Below are positions 30,501-47,200 of a stretch of 64,000 nt of DNA, piece after piece. The stretch covers positions 2,170,001 to 2,234,000 of the forward strand of contig JBNRSN020000089.1 of the NCBI GenBank assembly GCA_051313645.2, written 5' to 3'. The position numbers were made by a program, and so were the translations under genes. This stretch comes from Centroscyllium fabricii. Its lineage: Eukaryota. Positions within the stretch are counted from its first letter, which is position 1. Each line of letters starts with the position of its first letter. Under the pieces are notes generated by a model, which was not told the origin of the DNA, ran no database searches, and saw only the letters and a program-made list of their open reading frames with translations.

Positions 30501-33500
30501 AGGCATTGTCCATCTGTGTACAATACATCAGACAATATCCGTCTGTGTACAATACATCAGACATTGTCCATCTGTGTACAATACATCAGACAATATCCAT
30601 CTGTGTACAATACATCAGACAATATCCATCTGTGAACAATACATCAGACAATGTCCATCTGTGAACAATACATCAGACAATGTCCATCTGTGTACAATAC
30701 ATCACACAATTTCCATCTGTGTACAGTACATCAGAAAATGTCCATCTGTGTACAATACATCAGACAATGTCCATCTGTGTACAATACATCAGACAATGTC
30801 CATCTGTGAACAATACATCAGAAAATGTCCATCTGTGTACAATACATCAGACAATGTCCATCTGTGTACAATACATCAGACAATGTCCATCTGTGAACAA
30901 TACATCAGACAATGTCCATCTGTGTACAATACATCAGACAATGTCCATCTGTGTACAATACATCAGACAATGTCCATCTGTGAACAATACATCAGAAAAT
31001 GTCCATCTGCGTACAATACATCAGACAATGTCCATCTGTGAACAGTACATCAGAAAATGTCCATCTGTATACAGTACATCAGCCAATGTCCATCTGTGTA
31101 CAATACATCAGCCAATGTCCATCTGTGAACAATACATCAGACAATGTCCATCTGTGAACAATACATCAGACAATGTCCATCTGTGTACAATACATCAGAC
31201 AATGTCCATCTGTGTACAATACATCAGACAATGTCCATCTGTGAACAATACATCAGACAATATCAATCTGTGTACAATACATCAGGCAATGTCCATCTGT
31301 GTACAATACATCAGACAATGTCCATCTGTGAACAATACATCAGAAAATGTCCATCTGTGTACAGTACGTCAGACAATGTCCATCTGTGTACAATACATCT
31401 GACAATGTCCATCTGTGAACACTACATCAGACAATGTCCATCTGTGTACAATACATGAGACAATATCCATCTGTGTACAATACATCAGACAATGTCCATC
31501 TGTGAACAATACATCAGAAAATGTCCATCTGTGTACAATACATCAGACAATGTCCATCTGTGAACAGTACATCAGAAAATGTCCATCTGTGTACAGTACA
31601 TCAGACAATGTCCATCTGTGTACAATACATCAGACAATGTCCATCTGTGAACAATAAATCAGACAATGTCCATCTGTGTACAATACATCAGACAATGTCC
31701 ATCTGTGAACAATACATCAGAAAATGTCCATCTGTGCACAATACATCAGACAATGTCCATCTGTGAACAATACATCAGAAAATGTCCATCTGTGTACAAT
31801 ACATCAGACAAAGTCCATCTGTGAACAATACATCAGAAAATGTCCATCTGTGTACAATACATCAGAAAATGTCCATCTGTGTACAATACATCAGACAATG
31901 TCCATCTGTGTACAATACATCAGACAATGCCCATCTGTACAATACATCAGACAATGTCCATCTATGAACAATACATCTGACAATGTCCATCTGTGTACAA
32001 TACATCAGACAATGTCCATCTGTGTACAATACATCAGACAATGTCCGTCTGTGTACAATACATCAGACAATGTCCATCTGTGTACAATACATCAGACAAT
32101 GTCCATCTCTGAACAATACATCAGACAATATCAATCTGTGTACAATACATCAGACAATGTCCATCTGTGTGCAATACATCAGACAATGCCCGTCTGTGAA
32201 CAATACATCAGACAATATCCATCTGTATACTATACATCAGACAATGTCCATCTGTGTACAATACATCAGACAATGTCCATCTGTGTACAATACATCAGTC
32301 AATGTCCATCTGTGTATAATACATCAGACAATATCCATCTGTGTACAATACATCAGACATTGTCCATCTGTGTACAATACATCAGAGAATTTCCATCTGT
32401 GTACAATACATCAGATATTGTCCATCTGTGTACAATACATGAGACAATATCCATCTGTGTACAATACATCAGACAATGTCCATCTGTGAACAATGCATCA
32501 GACAATGTCCATCTGTGAACAATACATCAGACATTGTCCATCTGTGTACAATACATCAGATAATGTCCATCTGTGTACAGTACATCAGACAATGTCCATC
32601 TGTGTACAATACACCAGACAATGTCCATCTGTGTATTAATACATCAGACAATGTCCATCTGTGAAGAATACATCTGAAAATGTCCATCTGTGTGCAATAC
32701 ATCAGACAATGTCCATCTGTGTACAATACATCAGACAATGTCCATCTGTGAACAATACATCAGACAATGTCCATCTGTGTACAATACATCAAACAATGTC
32801 CATCTGTGTACAATACATCAGAAAATGTCCATCTGTGAACAATACATCAGAAAATGTCCATCTGTGTACAATATATCAGACAATGTCTATCTGTGTACAA
32901 TACATCAGACAATGTCCATCTGTGAACAGTACATCAGACAATGTCCATCTGTGAACATTACATCAGAAAATGTCCATCTGTGTACAATACATTAGAAAAT
33001 GTCCATCTGTGTACAATACATCAGACAATGTCCATCTGTGTACAATACATCTGACAATGTCCATCTGTACAATACATCAGACAATGTCCCTCTGTGAACA
33101 ATACATCAGACAATATCCATCTGTGTACAATACATCAGACAATGTCCATATGTGTACAATACATCAGAAAATATCCATCTGTGAACAATACATCAAACAA
33201 TGTCCAGCTATGTACAATACATCAGACAATGTCCATCTGTGAAAAATACATCAGACAATGTCCATCTGTGTACAATACATCAGACAATGTCCATCTGTGA
33301 ACAATACATCAGACATTATCCATCTGTGTACAATACATCAGACAAAGTCCATCTGTGAGCAATACATCAGACAATATCTATCTGTGAACAATACATCAGA
33401 CAATATCCATCTGTGTACAATACATCAGACAATGTCCATCTGTGAACAATACATCAGACATTATCCATCTGTGTACAATACATCAGACAATGTCCATCTC

Positions 33501-34738
33501 TGAACAATACATCAGACATTATCCATCTGTGAACAATACATCAGACAATACCCTTCTGTGTACAATACATCAGACAATGTCCATCTGTGTACATTACATC
33601 AGACATTAACCATCTGTGAACAATACATCAAACAATGTCCATCTGTGTACAATACATCAGACAATATCCATCTGGGATCAATACATCGGACAATGTCCAT
33701 CTGTGTACAATACATCAGACAATGTCCATCTGTGTACAATACATCACACAATGTCCATCTGTGTACAATACATCAGACAATGTCCATCTGTGAACAATAC
33801 ATCAGACAATATCCATCTGTGTACAATACATCACACAATGTCCATCTGTGTACAATACATCAGACAATGTCCATCTGTGTACAATACATCAGACAATGTC
33901 CGTCTGTGAACAATACATCAGACAATATCCATCTGTGTACAATACATCAGACAATGTCCATCTGTGTACAATACATCAGACAATGTCCATCTGTGTACAA
34001 TACATCAGACAATCTCCATCTGTGTATAATACATCAGACAATATCCATCTGTGTACAATACATCAGGCATTGTCCATCTGTGTACAATACATCAGACAAT
34101 ATCCGTCTGTGTACAATACATCAGACATTGTCCATCTGTGTACAATACATCAGACAATATCCATCTGTGTACAATACATCAGACAATATCCATCTGTGAA
34201 CAATACATCAGACAATGTCCATCTGTGAACAATACATCAGACAATGTCCATCTGTGTACAATACATCACACAATTTCCATCTGTGTACAGTACATCAGAA
34301 AATGTCCATCTGTGTACAATACATCAGACAATGTCCATCTGTGTACAATACATCAGACAATGTCCATCTGTGAACAATACATCAGAAAATGTCCATCTGT
34401 GTACAATACATCAGACAATGTCCATCTGTGTACAATACATCAGACAATGTCCATCTGTGAACAATACATCAGACAATGTCCATCTGTGTACAATACATCA
34501 GACAATGTCCATCTGTGTACAATACATCAGACAATGTCCATCTGTGAACAATACATCAGAAAATGTCCATCTGCGTACAATACATCAGACAATGTCCATC
34601 TGTGAACAGTACATCAGAAAATGTCCATCTGTATACAGTACATCAGCCAATGTCCATCTGTGTACAATACATCAGCCAATGTCCATCTGTGAACAATACA
34701 TCAGACAATGTCCATCTGTGAACAATACATCAGACAAT
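27572..34738. repeat. Near-perfect tandem duplication of a full 3,564-bp HOR
   Basis: ORFs starting from 27580 to 30487 recur with identical translation at +3,564. The first flanking mismatches seen are 27571/31135 and 31175/34739. Confidence 0.93.
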
Positions 34739-37199
34739 ATCCATCTGTGAACAATACATCAGACAATGTCCATCTGTGTACAATACATCAGACAATGTCC
34801 ATCTGTGAACAATACATCAGACAATATCAATCTGTGTACAATACATCAGACAATGTCCATCTGTGTACAATACATCAGACAATGTCCATCTGTGAACAAT
34901 ACATCAGAATATGTCCATCTGTGTACAGTACATCAGACAATGTCCATCTGTGTACAATACATCAGACAATGTCCATCTGTGAACACTACATCAGACAATG
35001 TCCATCTGTGTACAATACATGAGACAATATCCATCTGTGTACAATACATCAGACAATGTCCATCTGTGAACAATACATCAGAAAATATCCATCTGTGTAC
35101 AATACATCAGACAATGTCCATCTGTGAACAGTACATCAGAAAATGTCCATCTGTGTACAGTACATCAGACAATGTCCATCTGTGTACAATACATCAGACA
35201 ATGTCCATCTGTGAACAATAAATCAGACAATGTCCATTTGTGTACAATACATCAGACAATGTCCATCTGTGAACAATACATCAGAAAATGTCCATCTGTG
35301 CACAATACATCAGACAATGTCCATCTGTGAACAATACATCAGAAAATGTCCATCTGTGTACAATACATCAGACAATGTCCATCTGTGAACAATACATCAG
35401 AAAATGTCCAACTGTGTACAATACATCAGAAAATGTCCATCTGTGTACAATACATCAGAAAATGTCCATCTGTGTACAATACATCAGACAATGCCCATCT
35501 GTACAATACATCAGACTATGTCCATCTATGAACAATACATCTGACAATGTCCATCTGTGTACAATACATCAGACAATGTCCATCTGTGTACAATACATCA
35601 GACAATGTCCGTCTGTGTACAATACATCAGACAATGTCCATCTGTGTACAATACATCAGACAATGTCCATCACTGAACATTACATCAGACAATATCAATC
35701 TGTGTACAATACATCAGACAATGTCCATCTGTGTACAATACATCAGACAATGCCCATCTGTGAACAATACATCAGACAATATCCATCTGTGTACTATACA
35801 TCAGACAATGTCCATCTGTGTACAATACATCAGACAATGTCCATCTGTGTACAATACATCAGTCAATGTCCATCTGTGTATAATACATCAGACAATATCC
35901 ATCTGTGTACAATACATCAGACATTGTCCATCTGTGTACAATACATCAGACAATTTCCATCTGTGTACAATACATCAGACATTGTCCATCTGTGTACAAT
36001 ACATGAGACAATATCCATCTGTGTACAATACATCAGACAATGTCCATCTGTGAACAATACACCAGAAAATGTCCATCTGTGAACAATACATCAGACATTG
36101 TCCATCTGTGTACAATACATCAAATAATGTCCATCTGTGTACAGTACATCAGAAAATGTCCATCTGTGTACAATACATCAGACAATGTCCATCTGTGTAC
36201 AATACATCAGACAATGTCCATCTGTGAAGAATACATCTGAAAATGTCCCTCTGTGTGCAATACATCAGACAATGTCCATCTGTGTACAATACATCAGACA
36301 ATGTCCATCTGTGAACAATACATCAGACAATGTCAATCTGTGTACAATACATCAAACAATGTCCATCTGTGTACAATACATCAGAAAATGTCCATCTGTG
36401 AACAATACATCAGAAAATGTCCATCTGTGTCCAATATATCAGACAATGTCTATCTGTGTACAATACATCAGACAATGTCCATCTGTGAACAGTACATCAG
36501 ACAATGTCCATCTGTGAACAATACATCAGAAAATGTCCATCTGTGTGCAATACATTAGAAAATGTCCATCTGTGTACAATACATCAGGCAATGTCCATCT
36601 GTGTACAATACATCTGACAATGTCCATCTGTACAATACATCAGACAATGTCCCTCTGTGAACAATACATCAGACAATATCCATCTGTGTACAATACATCA
36701 GACAATGTCCATATGTGTACAATACATCAGAAAATATCCATCTGTGAACAATACATCAAACAATGTTCATCTATGTACAATACATCAGACAATGTCCATC
36801 TGTGAAAAATACATCAGACAATGTCCATCTGTGTACAATACATCAGACAATGTCCATCTGTGAACAATACATCAGACATTATTCATCTGTGTACAATACA
36901 TCAGACAAAGTCCATCTGTGAGCAATACATCAGACAATATCTATCTGTGAACAATACATCAGACAATATCCATCTGTGTACAATACATCAGACAATGTCC
37001 ATTTGTGAACAATACATCAGACATTATCCATCTGTGTACAATACATCAGACAATGTCCATCTCTGAACAATACATCAGACAATATCCATCTGTGAACAAT
37101 ACATCAGACAAAATCCATCTGTGTACAATACATCAGACAATGTCCATATGTGTACATTACATCAGACATTATCCATCTGTGAACAATACATCAAACAAT

Positions 37200-40100
37200 G
37201 TCCATCTGTGTACAATACATCAGACAATATCCATCTGGGATCAATATATCGGACAATGTCCATCTGTGTACAATACATCAGACAATGTCCATCTGTGTAC
37301 AATACATCACACAATGTCCATCTGTGTACAATACATCAGACAATGTCCATCTGTGAACAATACATCAGACAATATCCATCTGTGTACAATACATCAGACA
37401 ATGTCCATCTGTGTACAATACATCAGACAATGTCCATCTGTGTACAATACATCAGACAATGTCCGTCTGTGAACAATACATCAGACAATATCCATCTGTG
37501 TACAATATATCAGACAATGTCCATCTGTGTACAATACATCTGACAATGTCCATCTGTGTACAATATATCAGACAATGTCCATCTGTGTATAATACATCAG
37601 ACAATATCCATCAGTGTACAATACATCAGGCATTGTCCATCTGTGTACAATACATCAGACAATATCCATCTGTGTACAATACATCAGACATTGTCCATCT
37701 GTGTACAATACATCAGACAATATCCATCTGTGTACAATACATCAGACAATATCCATCTGTGAACAATATATCAGACAATGTCCATCTGTGAACAATACAT
37801 CAGACAATGTCCATCTGTTTACAATACATCACACAATTTCCATCTGTGTACAGTACATCAGAAAATGTCCATCTGTGTACAATACATCAGACAATGTCCA
37901 TCTGTGTACAATACATCAGACAATGTCCATCTGTGAACAATACATCAGAAAATGTCCATCTGTGTACAATACATCAGACAATGTCCATCTGTGTACAATA
38001 CATCAGACAATGCCCATCTGTGAACAATACATCAGACAATGTCCATCTGTGTACAATACATCAGACAATGTCCATCTGTGTACAATACATCAGACAATGT
38101 CCATCTGTGAACAATACATCAGAAAATGTCCATCTGCGTACAATACATCAGACAATGTCCATCTGTGAACAGTATATCAGAAAATGTCCATCTGTGTACA
38201 GTACATCAGACAATGTCCATCTGTGTACAATACATCAGCCAATGTCTATCTGTGAACAATACATCAGACAATGTCCATCTGTGAACAATACATCAGACAA
38301 TGTCCATCTGTGTACAATACATCAGACAATGTCCATCTGTGTGCAATACATCAGACAATGTCCATCTGTGAACAATACATCAGACAATATCAATCTGTGT
38401 ACAATACATCAGACAATGTCCATCTGTGTACAATAGATCAGACAATGTCCATCTGTGAACAATACATCAGAAAATGTCCATCTGTGTACAGTACATCAGA
38501 CAATGTCCATCTGTGTACAATACATCAGACAATGTCCATCTGCGAACACTACATCAGACAATGTCCATCTGTGTACAATACATGAGACATTATCCATCTG
38601 TGTACAATACATCAGACAATGTCCATCTGTGAACAATACATCAGAAAATGTCCATCTGTGTACTATACATCAGACAATGTCCATCTGTGAACAGTACATC
38701 AGAAAATGTCCATCTGTGTACAGTACATCAGACAATGTCCATCTGTGTACAATACATCAGACAATGTCCATCTGTGAACAATAAATCAGACAATGTCCAT
38801 CTGTGTACAATACATCAGACAATGTCCATCTGTGAACAATACATCAGACAATGTACATCTATGAACAATACATCTGACAATGTCCATCTGTGTACAATAC
38901 ATCAGACAATGTCCATCTCTGAACAATACATCAGACAATATCAATCTGTGTACAATACATCAGACAATGTCCATCTGTGTACAATACATCAGACAATGCC
39001 CATCTGTGAACAATACATCAGACAATATCCATCTGTGTACTATACATCAGACAATGTCCATCTGTGTACAATACATCAGACAATGTCCATCTGTGTACAA
39101 TACATTAGTCAATGTCCATCTGTGTATAATACATCAGACAATATCCATCTGTGTACAATACATCAGACATTGTCCATCTGTGTACAATACATCAGACAAT
39201 GTCCATCTGTGTACAATACATCAGACATTGTCCATCTGTGTACAATACATGAGACAATATCCATCTGTGTACAATACATCAGACAATGTCCATCTGTGAA
39301 CAATACATCAGACAATGTCCATCTGTGAACAATACATCAGACATTGTCCATCTGTGTACAATACATCAGATAATGTCCATCTGTGTACAGTACATCAGAA
39401 AATGTCCATCTGTGTACAATACATCAGACAATGTCCATCTGTGTACAATACATCAGACAATGTCCATCTGTGAAGAATACATCTGAAAATGTCCATCTGT
39501 GTGCAATACATCAGACAATGTCCATCTGTGTACAATACATCAGACAATGTCCATCTGTGAACAATACATCAGACAATGTCCATCTGTGTACAATATATCA
39601 GACAATGTCCATCTGTGTACAATACATCACACAATGTCCATCTGTGTACAATACATCAGACAATGTCCATCTGTGAACAATACATCAGACAATACCCATC
39701 TGTGTACAATACATCAGACAATGTCCATCTGTGTACAATACATCAGACAATGTCCATCTGTGTACAATACATCAGATAATGTCCGTCTGTGAACAATACA
39801 TCAGACAATATCCATCTGTGTACAATACATCAGACAATGTCCATCTGTGTACAATACATCAGACAATGTCCATCTCTGTACAATACATCAGAAAATGTCC
39901 ATCTGTGTATAATACATCAGACAATATCCATCTGTGTACAATACATCAGGCATTGTCCATCTGTGTACAATACATCAGACAATATCCATCTGTGTACAAT
40001 ACATCAGACATTGTCCATCTGTGTACAATACATCAGACAATATCCATCTGTGTACAATACATCAGACTATATCCATCTGTGAACAATACATCAGACAATG

Positions 40101-43100
40101 TCCATCTGTGAACAATACATCAGACAATGTCCATCTGTGTACAATACATCACACAATTTCCATTTGTGTACAGTACATCAGAAAATGTCCATCTGTGTAC
40201 AATACATCAGACAATGTCCATCTGTGTACAATACATCAGACAATGTCCATCTGTGAACAATACATCAGAAAATGTCCATCTGTGTACAATACATCAGACA
40301 ATGTCCATCTGTGTACAATACATCAGACAATGTCCATCTGTGAACAATACATCAGACAATGTCCATCTGTGTACAATACATCAGACAATGTCCATCTGTG
40401 AACAATACATCAAACAATGTCCATCTGTGTACAATACATCAGACAATATCCATCTGGGATCAATACATCGGACAATGTCCATCTGTGTACAATACATCAG
40501 ACAATGTCCATCTGTGTACAATACATCACACAATGTCCATCTGTGTACAATACATCAGACAATGTCCATCTGTGAACAATACATCAGACAATATCCATCT
40601 GTGTACAATACATCAGACAATGTCCATCTGTGTACAATACATCAGACAATGTCCATCTGTGTACAATACATCAGACAATGTCCGTCTGTGAACAATACAG
40701 CAGACAATATCCATCTGTGTACAATATATCAGACAATGTCCATCTGTGTACAATACATCAGACAATGTCCATCTGTGTACAATACATCAGACAATGTCCA
40801 TCTGTGTATAATACATCAGACAATATCCATCTGTGTACAATACATCAGGCATTGTCCATCTGTGTACAATACATCAGACAATATCCATCTGTGTACAATA
40901 CATCAGACATTGTCCATCTGTGAACAATACATCAGACAATATCCATCTGTGTACAATACATCAGACAATATCCATCTGTGAACAATATATCAGACAATGT
41001 CCATCTGTGATCAATACATCAGACAATGTCCATCTGTGTACAATACATCACACAATTTCCATCTGTGTACAGTACATCAGAAAATGTCCATCTGTGTACA
41101 ATACATCAGACAATGTCCATCTGTGTACAATACATCAGACAATGTCCATCTGTGAACAATACATCAGAAAATGTCCATCTGTGTACAATACATCAGACAA
41201 TGTCCATCTGTGTACAATACATCAGACAATGCCCATCTGTGAACAATACATCAGACAATGTCCATCTGTGTACAATACATCAGACAATGTCCATCTGTGT
41301 ACAATACATCAGACAATGTCCATCTGTGAACAATACATCAGAAAATGTCCATCTGCGTACAATACATCAGACAATGTCCATCTGTGAACAGTACATCAGA
41401 AAATGTCCATCTGTGTACAGTACATCAGACAATGTCCATCTGTGTACAATACATCAGCCAATGTCTATCTGTGAACAATACATCAGACAATGTCCATCTG
41501 TGAACAATACATCAGACAATGTCCATCTGTGTACAATACATCAGACAATGTCCATCTGTGTGCAATACATCAGACAATGTCCATCTGTGAACAATACATC
41601 AGACAATATCAATCTGTGTACAATACATCAGACAATGTCCATCTGTGTACAATAGATCAGACAATGTCCATCTGTGAACAATACATCAGAAAATGTCCAT
41701 CTGTGTACAGTACATCAGACAATGTCCATCTGTGTACAATACATCAGACAATGTCCATCTGTGAACACTACATCAGACAATGTCCATCTGTGTACAATAC
41801 ATGAGACAATATCCATCTCTGTACAATACATCAGACAATGACCATCTGTGAACAATACATCAGAAAATGTCCATCTGTGTACAATACATCAGACAATGTC
41901 CATCTGTGAACAGTACATCAGAAAATGTCCATCTGTGTACAGTACATCAGACAATGTCCATCTGTGTACAATACATCAGACAATGTCCATCTGTGAACAA
42001 TAAATCAGACAATGTCCATCTGTGTACAATACATCAGACAATGTCAATCTGTGAACAATACATCAGAAAATGTCCATCTGTGCACAATACATCAGACAAT
42101 GTCCATCTGTGAACAATACATCAGAAAATGTCCATCTGTGTACAATACATCAGACAATGTCCATCTGTGAACATTACATCAGAAAATGTCCATCTGTGTA
42201 CAATACATCAGAAAATGTCCATCTGTGTACAATACATCAGACAATGTCCATCTGTGTACAATACATCAGACAATGCCCATCTGTACAATACATCAGACAA
42301 TGTCCATCTATGAACAATACATCTGACAATGTCCATCTGTGTACAATACATCAGACAATGTCCATCTCTGAACAATACATCAGACAATATCAATCTGTGT
42401 ACAATACATCAGACAATGTCCATCTGTGTACAATACATCAGACAATGCCCATCTGTGAACAATACATCAGACAATATCCATCTGTGTACTATACATCAGA
42501 CAATGTCCATCTGTGTACAATACATCAGACAATGTCCATCTGTGTACAATACATTAGTCAATGTCCATCTGTGTATAATACATCAGACAATATCCATCTG
42601 TGTACAATACATCAGACATTGTCCATCTGTGTACAATACATCAGACAATTTCCATCTGTGTACAATACATGAGACATTGTCCATTTGTGTACAATACATG
42701 AGACAATATCCATCTGTGTACAATACATCAGACAATGTCCATCTGTGAACAATACATCAGACAATGTCCATCTGTGAACAATACATCAGACATTGTCCAT
42801 CTGTGTACAATACATCAGATAATGTCCATCTGTGTACAGTACATCAGAAAATGTCCATCTGTGTACAATACATCAGACAATGTCCATCTGTGTACAATAC
42901 ATCAGACAATGTCCATCTGTGAAGAATACATCTGAAAATGTCCATCTGTGTGCAATACATCAGACAATGTCCATCTGTGTACAATACATCAGACAATGTC
43001 CATCTGTGAACAATACATCAGACAATGTCCATCTGTGTACAATAAATCAGACAATGTCCATCTGTGTACAATACATCAGAAAATGTCCATCTGTGAACAA

Positions 43101-43200
43101 TACATCAGAAAATGTCCATCTGTGTACAATATATCAGACAATGTCTATCTGTGTACAATACATCAGACAATATCCATCTTTGAACAATACATCAGACAAT
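37200..43200. repeat. Related HOR-variant copies at 3,219-bp offset (111 monomers)
   Basis: Markers at 37235/40454 and ORF pairs 37614/40833, 37807/41026 and 38271/41490. The variants CAATAGATCAG and GCCAATGTCT are shared. Confidence 0.8.
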
Positions 43201-44269
43201 GTCCATCTGTGTACAATACATCACACAATTTCCATTTGTGTACAGTACATCAGAAAATGTCCATCTGTGTACAATACATCAGACAATGTCCATCTGTGTA
43301 CAATACATCAGACAATGTCCATCTGTGAACAATACATCAGAAAATGTCCATCTGTGTACAATACATCAGACAATGTCCATCTGTGTACAATACATCAGAC
43401 AATGTCCATCTGTGAACAATACATCAGACAATGTCCATCTGTGTACAATACATCAGACAATGTCCATCTGTGTACAATACATCAGACAATGTCCATCTGT
43501 GAACAATACATCAGAAAATGTCCATCTGCGTACAATACATCAGTCAATGTCCATCTGTGAACAGTACATCAGAAAATGTCCATCTGTGTACAGTACATCA
43601 GACAATGTCCATCTGTGTACAATACATCAGCCAATGTCCATCTGTGAACAATACATCAGACAATGTCCATCTGTGAACAATACATCAGACAATGTCCATC
43701 TGTGTACAATACATCAGACAATGTCCATCTGTGTACAATACATCAGACAATGTCCATCTGTGAACAATACATCAGACAATATCAATCTGTGTACAATACA
43801 TCAGACAATGTCCATCTGTGTACAATACATCAGACAATGTCCATCTGTGAACAATACATCAGAAAATGTCCATCTGTGTACAGTACATCAGACAATGTCC
43901 ATCTGTGTACAATACATCAGACAATGTCCATCTGTGAACACTACATCAGACAATGTCCATCTGTGTACAATACATGAGACAATATCCATCTGTGTACAAT
44001 ACATCAGACAATGTCCATCTGTGAACAATACATCAGAAAATATCCATCTGTGTACAATACATCAGACAATGTCCATCTGTGAACAGTACATCAGAAAATG
44101 TCCATCTGTGTACAGTACATCAGACAATGTCCATCTGTGTACAATACATCAGACAATGTCCTTCTGTGAACAATAAATCAGACAATGTCCATTTGTGTAC
44201 AATACATCAGACAATGTCCATCTGTGAACAATACATCAGAAAATGTCCATCTGTGCACAATACATCAGA

Positions 44270-47200
44270 CAATGTCCATCTGTGAACAATACATCAGAAA
44301 ATGTCCATCTGTGTACAATACATCAGACAATGTCCATCTGTGAACAATACATCAGAAAATGTCCATCTGTGTACAATACATCAGAAAATGTCCATCTGTG
44401 TACAATACATCAGACAATGTCCATCTGTGTACAATACATCAGACAATGCCCATCTGTAAAATACATCAGACTATGTCCATCTATGAACAATACATTTGAC
44501 AATGTCCATCTGTGTACAATACATCAGACAATGTCCATCTGTGTACAATACATCAGACAATGTCCGTCTGTGTACAATACATCAGACAATGTCCATCTGT
44601 GTACAATACATCAGACAATGTCCATCACTGAACAATACATCAGACAATATCAATCTGTGTACAATACATCAGACAATGTCCATCTGTGTACAATACATCA
44701 GACAATGCCCATCTGTGAACAATACATCAGACAATATCCATCTGTGTACTATACATCAGACAATGTCCATCTGGGTACAATACATCAGACAATGTCCATC
44801 TGTGTACAATACATCAGTCAATGTCCATCTGTGTATAATACATCAGACAATATCCATCAGTGTACAATACATCAGACATTGTCCATCTGTGTACAATACA
44901 TCAGACAATTTCCATCTGTGTACAATACATCAGACATTGTCCATCTGTGTACAATACATGAGACAATATCCATCTGTGTACAATACATCAGACAATGTCC
45001 ATCTGTGAACAATACATCAGAAAATGTCCATCTGTGAACAATACATCAGACATTATCCATCTGTGTACAATACATCAGATAATGTCCATCTGTGTACAGT
45101 ACATCAGAAAATGTCCATCTGTGTACAATACATCAGACAATGTCCATCTGTGTACAATACATCAGACAATGTCCATCTGTGAAGAATACATCTGAAAATG
45201 TCCCTCTGTGTGCAATACATCAGACAATTTCCATCTGTGTACAATACATCAGACAATGTCCATCTGTGAACAATACATCAGACAATGCCCATCTGTGTAC
45301 AATACATCAAACAATGTCCATCTGTGTACAATACATCAGAAAATGTCCATCTGTGAACAATACATCAGAAAATGTCCATCTGTGTCCAATATATCAGACA
45401 ATGTCTATCTGTGTACAATACATCAGACAATGTCCATCTGTGAACAGTACATCAGACAATGTCCATCTGTGAACAATACATTAGAAAATGTCCATCTGTG
45501 TACAATACATCAGACAATGTCCATCTGTGTACAATACATCTGACAATGTCCATCTGTACAATACATCAGACAATATCCCTCTGTGAACAATACATCAGAC
45601 AATATCCATCTGTGTACAATACATCAGACAATGTCCATATGTGTACAATACATCAGAAAATATCCATCTGTGAACAATACATCAAACAATGTCCATCTAT
45701 GTACAATACATCAGACAATGTCCATCTGTGAAAAATACATCAGACAATGTCCATCTGTGTACAATACATCAGACAATGTCCATCTGTGAACAATACATCA
45801 GACATTATCCATCTGTGTACAATACATCAGACAAAGTCCATCTGTGAGCAATACATCAGACAATATCTATCTGTGAACAATACATCAGACAATATCCATC
45901 TGTGTACAATACATCAGACAATGTCCATCTGTGAACAATACATCAGACATTATCCATCTGTGTACAATACATCAGACAATGTCCATCTCTGAACAATACA
46001 TCAGACAATATCCATCTGTGAACAATACATCAGACAAAATCCATCTGTGTACAATACATCAGACAATGTCCATATGTGTACATTACATCAGACATTATCC
46101 ATCTGTGAACAATACATCAAACAATGTCCATCTGTGTACAATACATCAGACAATATCCATCTGGGATCAATACATCGGATAATGTCCATCTGTGAACAAT
46201 ACATCAGACAATGTCCATCTGTGTACAATACATCACACAATGTCCATCTGTGTACAATACATCAGACAATGTCCATCTGTGAACAATACATCAGACAATA
46301 TCCATCTGTGCACAATACATCAGACAATGTCCATCTGTGTACAATACATCAGACAATGTCCATCTGTGTACAATACATCAGACAATGTCCGTCTGTGAAC
46401 AATACATCAGAAAATGTCCATCTGTGTACAATACATCAGACAATGTCCATCTGTGAACAATACATCAGAAAATGTCCATCTGTGTACAATACATCAGACA
46501 ATGTCCATCTGTGAACAATACATCAGAAAATGTCCATCTGTGTACAATACATCAGAAAATGTCCATCTGTGTACAATACATCAGACAATGTCCATCTGTG
46601 TACAATACATCAGACAATGCCCATCTGTACAATACATCAGACTATGTCCATCTATGAACAATACATCTGACAATGTCCATCTGTGTACAATACATCAGAC
46701 AATGTCCATCTGTGTACAATACATCAGACAATGTCCGTCTGTGTACAATACATCAGACAATGTCCATCTGTGTACAATACATCAGACAATGTCCATCACT
46801 GAACAATACATCAGACAATATCAATCTGTGTACAATACATCAGACAATGTCCATCTGTGTACAATACATCAGACAATGCCCATCTGTGAACAATACATCA
46901 GACAATATCCATCTGTGTACTATACATCAGACAATGTCCATCTGTGTACAATACATCAGACAATGTCCATCTGTGTACAATACATCAGTCAATGTCCATC
47001 TGTGTATAATACATCAGACAATATCCATCAGTGTACAATACATCAGACATTGTCCATCTGTGTACAATACATCAGACAATTTCCATCTGTGTACAATACA
47101 TCAGACATTGTCCATCTGTGTACAATACATGAGACAATATCCATCTGTGTACAATACATCAGACAATGTCCATCTGTGAACAATACATCAGAAAATGTCC

